DNA of 41,320 nucleotides from Chiloscyllium plagiosum (taxonomy: Eukaryota), in the NCBI RefSeq assembly GCF_004010195.1, contig NC_057718.1, forward strand, positions 104,587,302-104,628,621, in the 5' to 3' direction. This document shows positions 37,275-41,320 of this stretch, piece after piece. Below the pieces are notes generated by a model. The model had not been told where the DNA came from, ran no database searches, and saw only the letters and a list, made by a program, of their open reading frames with translations. A program made the position numbers and the translations under genes. Each line of letters begins with the position of its first letter. Positions within the stretch are counted from its first letter, which is position 1.

Positions 37275-38368
37275 GGACACAAAATTGGCTTGACAGTAGG
37301 AAACAGAGGGTGGTGGTGGAAGGTTATTTTTTGGACTGGAGGCTTGTGAGCAGTGGTGTTCCACAGGGATCAGTACTGAATCCCAATGTTGTTTGTCACT
37401 TGTATAAATAATTTGGATGAGAATTTGGGAGACATAGTTAGCATGTTTGAGGAGACACCAAAAGTGGTGGTATAGTGGACAGTGAAGAAGATTATCTAAG
37501 ATTACAAAGAGATCTTGCTCAATTGGACCAAAGGGCTGAGGAGGTGCAGATAGATTTTATGTTGGAGAAATGTAAGGTATTGCATTTTAGGAAAACAAAC
37601 ACAGGCAGGATTTATCCAGTCAATGGTAGAGCCCTGGGGAGTGTTGTACAGCAGAAGGAACCTAGGGGTTCAGGGACATAATTCCTTTAAGTTTGTATCC
37701 CCAGGTGGACAGGGTGGTTAAGAAGGCACTTAGCACACTTGCCTTCATTGCTCAGATCTTTTCAGTATATGAGCTGGGACGTCATGTTGACATTGTACGG
37801 GATATTAGTGAGGCCGTTTTTGCAGTACTGCGTACAGTTCTGGTTGCCCTGCTATAGGAAGGATATCGTTAACTTGGAGAGGGCTCAAAACTGATTGACC
37901 AGGATGTTGCCGGGACTGGAGATTTTGAGTCATAAGGAGAGGCTGGATAGGTTGGGAGTTTTTTTCAGTGGAGCACGGGAGGTTGAGAGGTGGCCTTAAT
38001 AAAGTTTATAAAATCATGGGGGCTATTGGTAAGGTGAACAGCAAATATCTTTTCCGTAGGGTGGGCGTGCTCAAAACTAGCAGGTTTAGTTTTAAGGTGA
38101 GAGGAGAAATATTTTGAAAGGACATGAGGGACAACCTTTCCACACACAGAGGGTGGGTCATGTGTGGAATAAACTGGTCAGAGGAAGTGGGAGATGCAGC
38201 TACAGTTCCAACGTTATAAAGACACTTGGGCAGCTACATACATGAACAGGAGAGGTTGGCAGGGACATGGTGCAAGTGCAGGTAAGAGGGACGAGTTTAC
38301 TTTGAGAAACCTGGTTGGTGTGGAGAAGTTGGATTGAAGGCTCTGTTTCTATGTTGTATGACTCTATA
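37275..38368 (+). mobile_element. CR1 LINE RT and 3' end, older copy
   Basis: [42 protein letters not shown]; tail GTATGACTCTATAA. Confidence 0.9.
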
Positions 38369-38444
38369 ACAAACTGTTTCTTTAAAAAAAAAACACAGTG
38401 AAGAAATACATTTGGTCAGCCAGAAGAATGTTTCTATTTCTTAC

Positions 38445-38836
38445 CTGTTTTGAGCTGGCTGCTGAAGTAAAGCTCCTGAATGGACTCTGTTTGTGGGCGA
38501 TCAATCTTCAGTCTGTTAAGAACTCTCCTAACGCAATTTTCAAGCTGATAGAGGAAATAAACAACTTGGACATTTTTCTTCGGCATTTGCGTCCAGCTAT
38601 CCTTCATTTAAATATTGATGGGTTTGGTCAGCATTCACAGTTAATGGAGATAAATGTAATTAAAGCACAGCAACGGAGAGACAACGTGAAGACGTTTAGA
38701 CCAATCTGCTCCCAGCTCAGTATAATCCCATGAAGCAAACCTCTCAGACTTGCTCCGAGCTGGAATGTAAGGAAGGAGTTGAATCTTCAGGCTCTTCGAG
38801 GTCTATTCCGGCAACATTAATGACTGCTGGCATTTT
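38445..38836 (-). other. Candidate upstream CEP68 exon (392 nt), no frame open throughout
   Basis: Non-repetitive block bounded by ttttgacctttcag and CAG/GTAAGA on the minus strand; all three frames contain stops. Confidence 0.35.
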
Positions 38837-39529
38837 CTGAAAGGTCAAAATAACATGTAATTAATTATATTGCATCTCGAGAACAGAAACCGACCATTCG
38901 ACCCAACTGGTCTGTTTAAACTCAACACAATCCTCAACCTAAGCTCACAGTGAGCAAGTGAAGCAAGGAAATGTAGCAGCTTTAACTGAGGAGCAGGGCG
39001 TTGTTCAGGAACAGTAACAAGCGAAACACAGCAGAGGGCAGCAGTGTACAGGCGGGGAGAGAGGTTTGAACGAGGGAGGGCAGCTGATGGATTGAGGTCT
39101 GGGGAGAGAGGGCAGCAGAGTAATTAGAATGGCCACAGGGAATACAGAGTAACAAACACTCCTGCTGATACTGGAGAGAGAGAGGAGACAGTAGTTAGGG
39201 TCACAGTGGAAAGGGTGCAGATACAGTGGGAGAAAGAAGATCAAGAGGAGCTTTTTAAAATGAAACAGGAGTTTGATGTTTGGACTGTCTTCGTTTCTTA
39301 GGGAGTCAGTGATGAATTTGAGACAATCAGTTAAGAGGTTGAGAGGTTGCTGCGCTGTGAAATTCTTTATCAAACACAGTAGGGGAGCAACTGAAACTGA
39401 AGATGATTCAGGACCATGGGGTAAAAGCAAGACAGTAACTTTATCTCTGGATTGTTCTGTCACAGAGCTAGCACAGAAACAATGGGATGAGCGGCCTCCT
39501 GCTAGATCAGATAATAAATCTAAACAATA

Positions 39530-39662
39530 GAGAAACTACAAAATAGGAGCAAGAGTAGGCCATTCGGCCCCTTGAGCCTCTCCAACCATTCAATATGATC
39601 AAGGCTGATCATCCAACTCAGTCCCCGGTCCCACTTTCTCCCAGATACCCTTTGATTCCCGT
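39530..39662 (-). mobile_element. CR1 3' tail fragment
   Basis: ATAGGAGCAAGAGTAGGCCATTCGGCCC...CCATTCAATATGATC. Confidence 0.7.
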
Positions 39663-39684
39663 AACCTTAAGGAACTGAAAACCA

Positions 39685-40235
39685 ATGGGAGGGGGGTCTG
39701 GGGCTAACAGTATTGGGNNNNNNNNNNNNNNNNNNNNNNNNNNNNNNNNNNNNNNNNNNNNNNNNNNNNNNNNNNNNNNNNNNNNNNNNNNNNNNNNNNN
39801 NNNNNNNNNNNNNNNNNNNNNNNNNNNNNNNNNNNNNNNNNNNNNNNNNNNNNNNNNNNNNNNNNNNNNNNNNNNNNNNNNNNNNNNNNNNNNNNNNNNN
39901 NNNNNNNNNNNNNNNNNNNNNNNNNNNNNNNNNNNNNNNNNNNNNNNNNNNNNNNNNNNNNNNNNNNNNNNNNNNNNNNNNNNNNNNNNNNNNNNNNNNN
40001 NNNNNNNNNNNNNNNNNNNNNNNNNNNNNNNNNNNNNNNNNNNNNNNNNNNNNNNNNNNNNNNNNNNNNNNNNNNNNNNNNNNNNNNNNNNNNNNNNNNN
40101 NNNNNNGGGGGGTCGGGGGTTAACTGTATTGGCGAGGGGGTGGGTCTGGGGTTAACAGTATTGGCGAGGGGGTGGGTCTGGGGTTAACAGTATTGGCGAG
40201 GAGTGGGTCTGGGGTTAACAGTATTGGGGGGGCGT
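39685..40235. repeat. G-rich minisatellite, ~31-32 bp unit, spanning gap 39718-40106
   Basis: TGGGTCTGGGGTTAACAGTATTGGCGAGGGGG repeated after the gap, with one variant unit before it. Confidence 0.9.
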
Positions 40236-41117
40236 CGGGAATCTAGCTGCAGCGGGTGGGAGATTGTCCCTCAGGGACAGTAAGAACCAGATTGGCTCTT
40301 TATGACAATCGACGACCGTTTCCCGAGAAGCTGCACGAGCCCAATGGTGGAGTGGTAGTGTCCCTACCTCTGGACCAGGAGAGACTGGCACCAGTCCCAC
40401 CTGCTCCAGGGGCGTGTAGTAGCATTGCTGAATTTGAAAATCTAACCCAGAGATGTGGTCGTTAATTCAAACCCAGGAAGCCCATACAAACAGAGGGTGG
40501 TAATGACCAGACCAACTGGTGAAGGCCACTCGCCACCCTACACCTTCTCTCCCCCTGGGATCGCCCAGCTCACATACATTTCACACAATTAACAAACCTT
40601 GGAGTGAGAATAATGTTAATCTCTAGACATACTCCAAAATTAGAAGACCTTCCACTCTAAAGGAACTACCACCCACTGAGGGGGGACTGCCCATGAGAAT
40701 GGTTGCCATGCAAAATGATTTTTTTGTTACCAAACAGCGTCTGGCCTTTCCACTTGCAGCTGCTCTCTCAGCCTGCGCTGGCACACGGGATATCAGGCTC
40801 CTATCGAACAGCTTCATTAACACTTGAATGGTACAGGCCAACAAAGGAGTCTCTTTACTGAGGAACAGGGCAGTAACATTGCCTCCCCAGGAGTCCTCAG
40901 CTCTGTCACGCAACAAGTTCAGACACGCCTGGCCCTGGATTCCAGTCTGTGTACAGGGGGAACGTGGGAGCAGCAGCACCACACAATCCCAGCTAGAGAC
41001 AAATCCAACTTGGGACTGTTCCCAAACCAAATCGGACTTGTTCAAAACGCCAGAATCCATCAGAACCAAAGCATTTCATCCAAATAAAAAAGCTGTCGCT
41101 TCTCACAGGAGCATTCA

Positions 41118-41320
41118 AATTGGATACAGAACTGGCTCAAAGGTAGAAGACAGAGGGTGGTGGTGGAGGGTTGTTTTTCAGACTGGAGGCCTGTGACCAG
41201 TGGAGTGCCACAAGGATCGGTGCTGGGTCCTCTACTTTTTGTCATTTACATAAATGACTTGGATGCAAGCAAAAGAGGTACAGTTAGTAATTTTGCAGAT
41301 GACACCAAAATTGGAGGTGT
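41118..41320 (+). mobile_element. CR1 LINE RT fragment running off the window
   Basis: [42 protein letters not shown]. Confidence 0.92.

Noticed and set aside
40107..40235. CRISPR-like array
   Set aside because: Tandem units without unique spacers in a vertebrate genome; a minisatellite.
40623..41196. Overlapping 148/122/87-aa ORFs
   Set aside because: No recognisable domain or convincing splice pair; the 3' part of the + ORF is CR1.

Overview
Eukaryotic, intron-rich, repeat-dense genomic DNA, most likely from a shark or ray: it has HE1-type V-SINEs, elasmobranch-type CR1 LINEs and a Rab1 C-terminus like the electric-ray Rab1 as I recall it. There are four assembly gaps. Two genes face each other tail to tail, as I recall they do in human. 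RAB1A is on the + strand (coding exons 2-6 at 5936-23656; exon 1 not found in the window) with a 3'UTR resembling the mammalian one. CEP68 is on the - strand (large exon 35220-33679, exons 30772-30676 and 29331-~29165; one expected exon is missing and probably lies in a gap). Most ORFs in the supplied track are LINE fragments or noise. The most unusual structure is in RAB1A intron 4: a ~2.27 kb unit (18413-20679) bounded by a perfect 15-bp direct repeat and ~80-bp inverted termini with minimal hammerhead-ribozyme motifs. It encloses a Penelope GIY-YIG endonuclease fragment plus ~1.3 kb of apparently captured older genomic DNA. A cargo-free ~200-bp version with the same termini and its own TSD-like repeat lies at 7346-7548. 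Further Penelope-type hammerhead motifs are scattered through the window. Comparisons with other species are from memory and need database confirmation.
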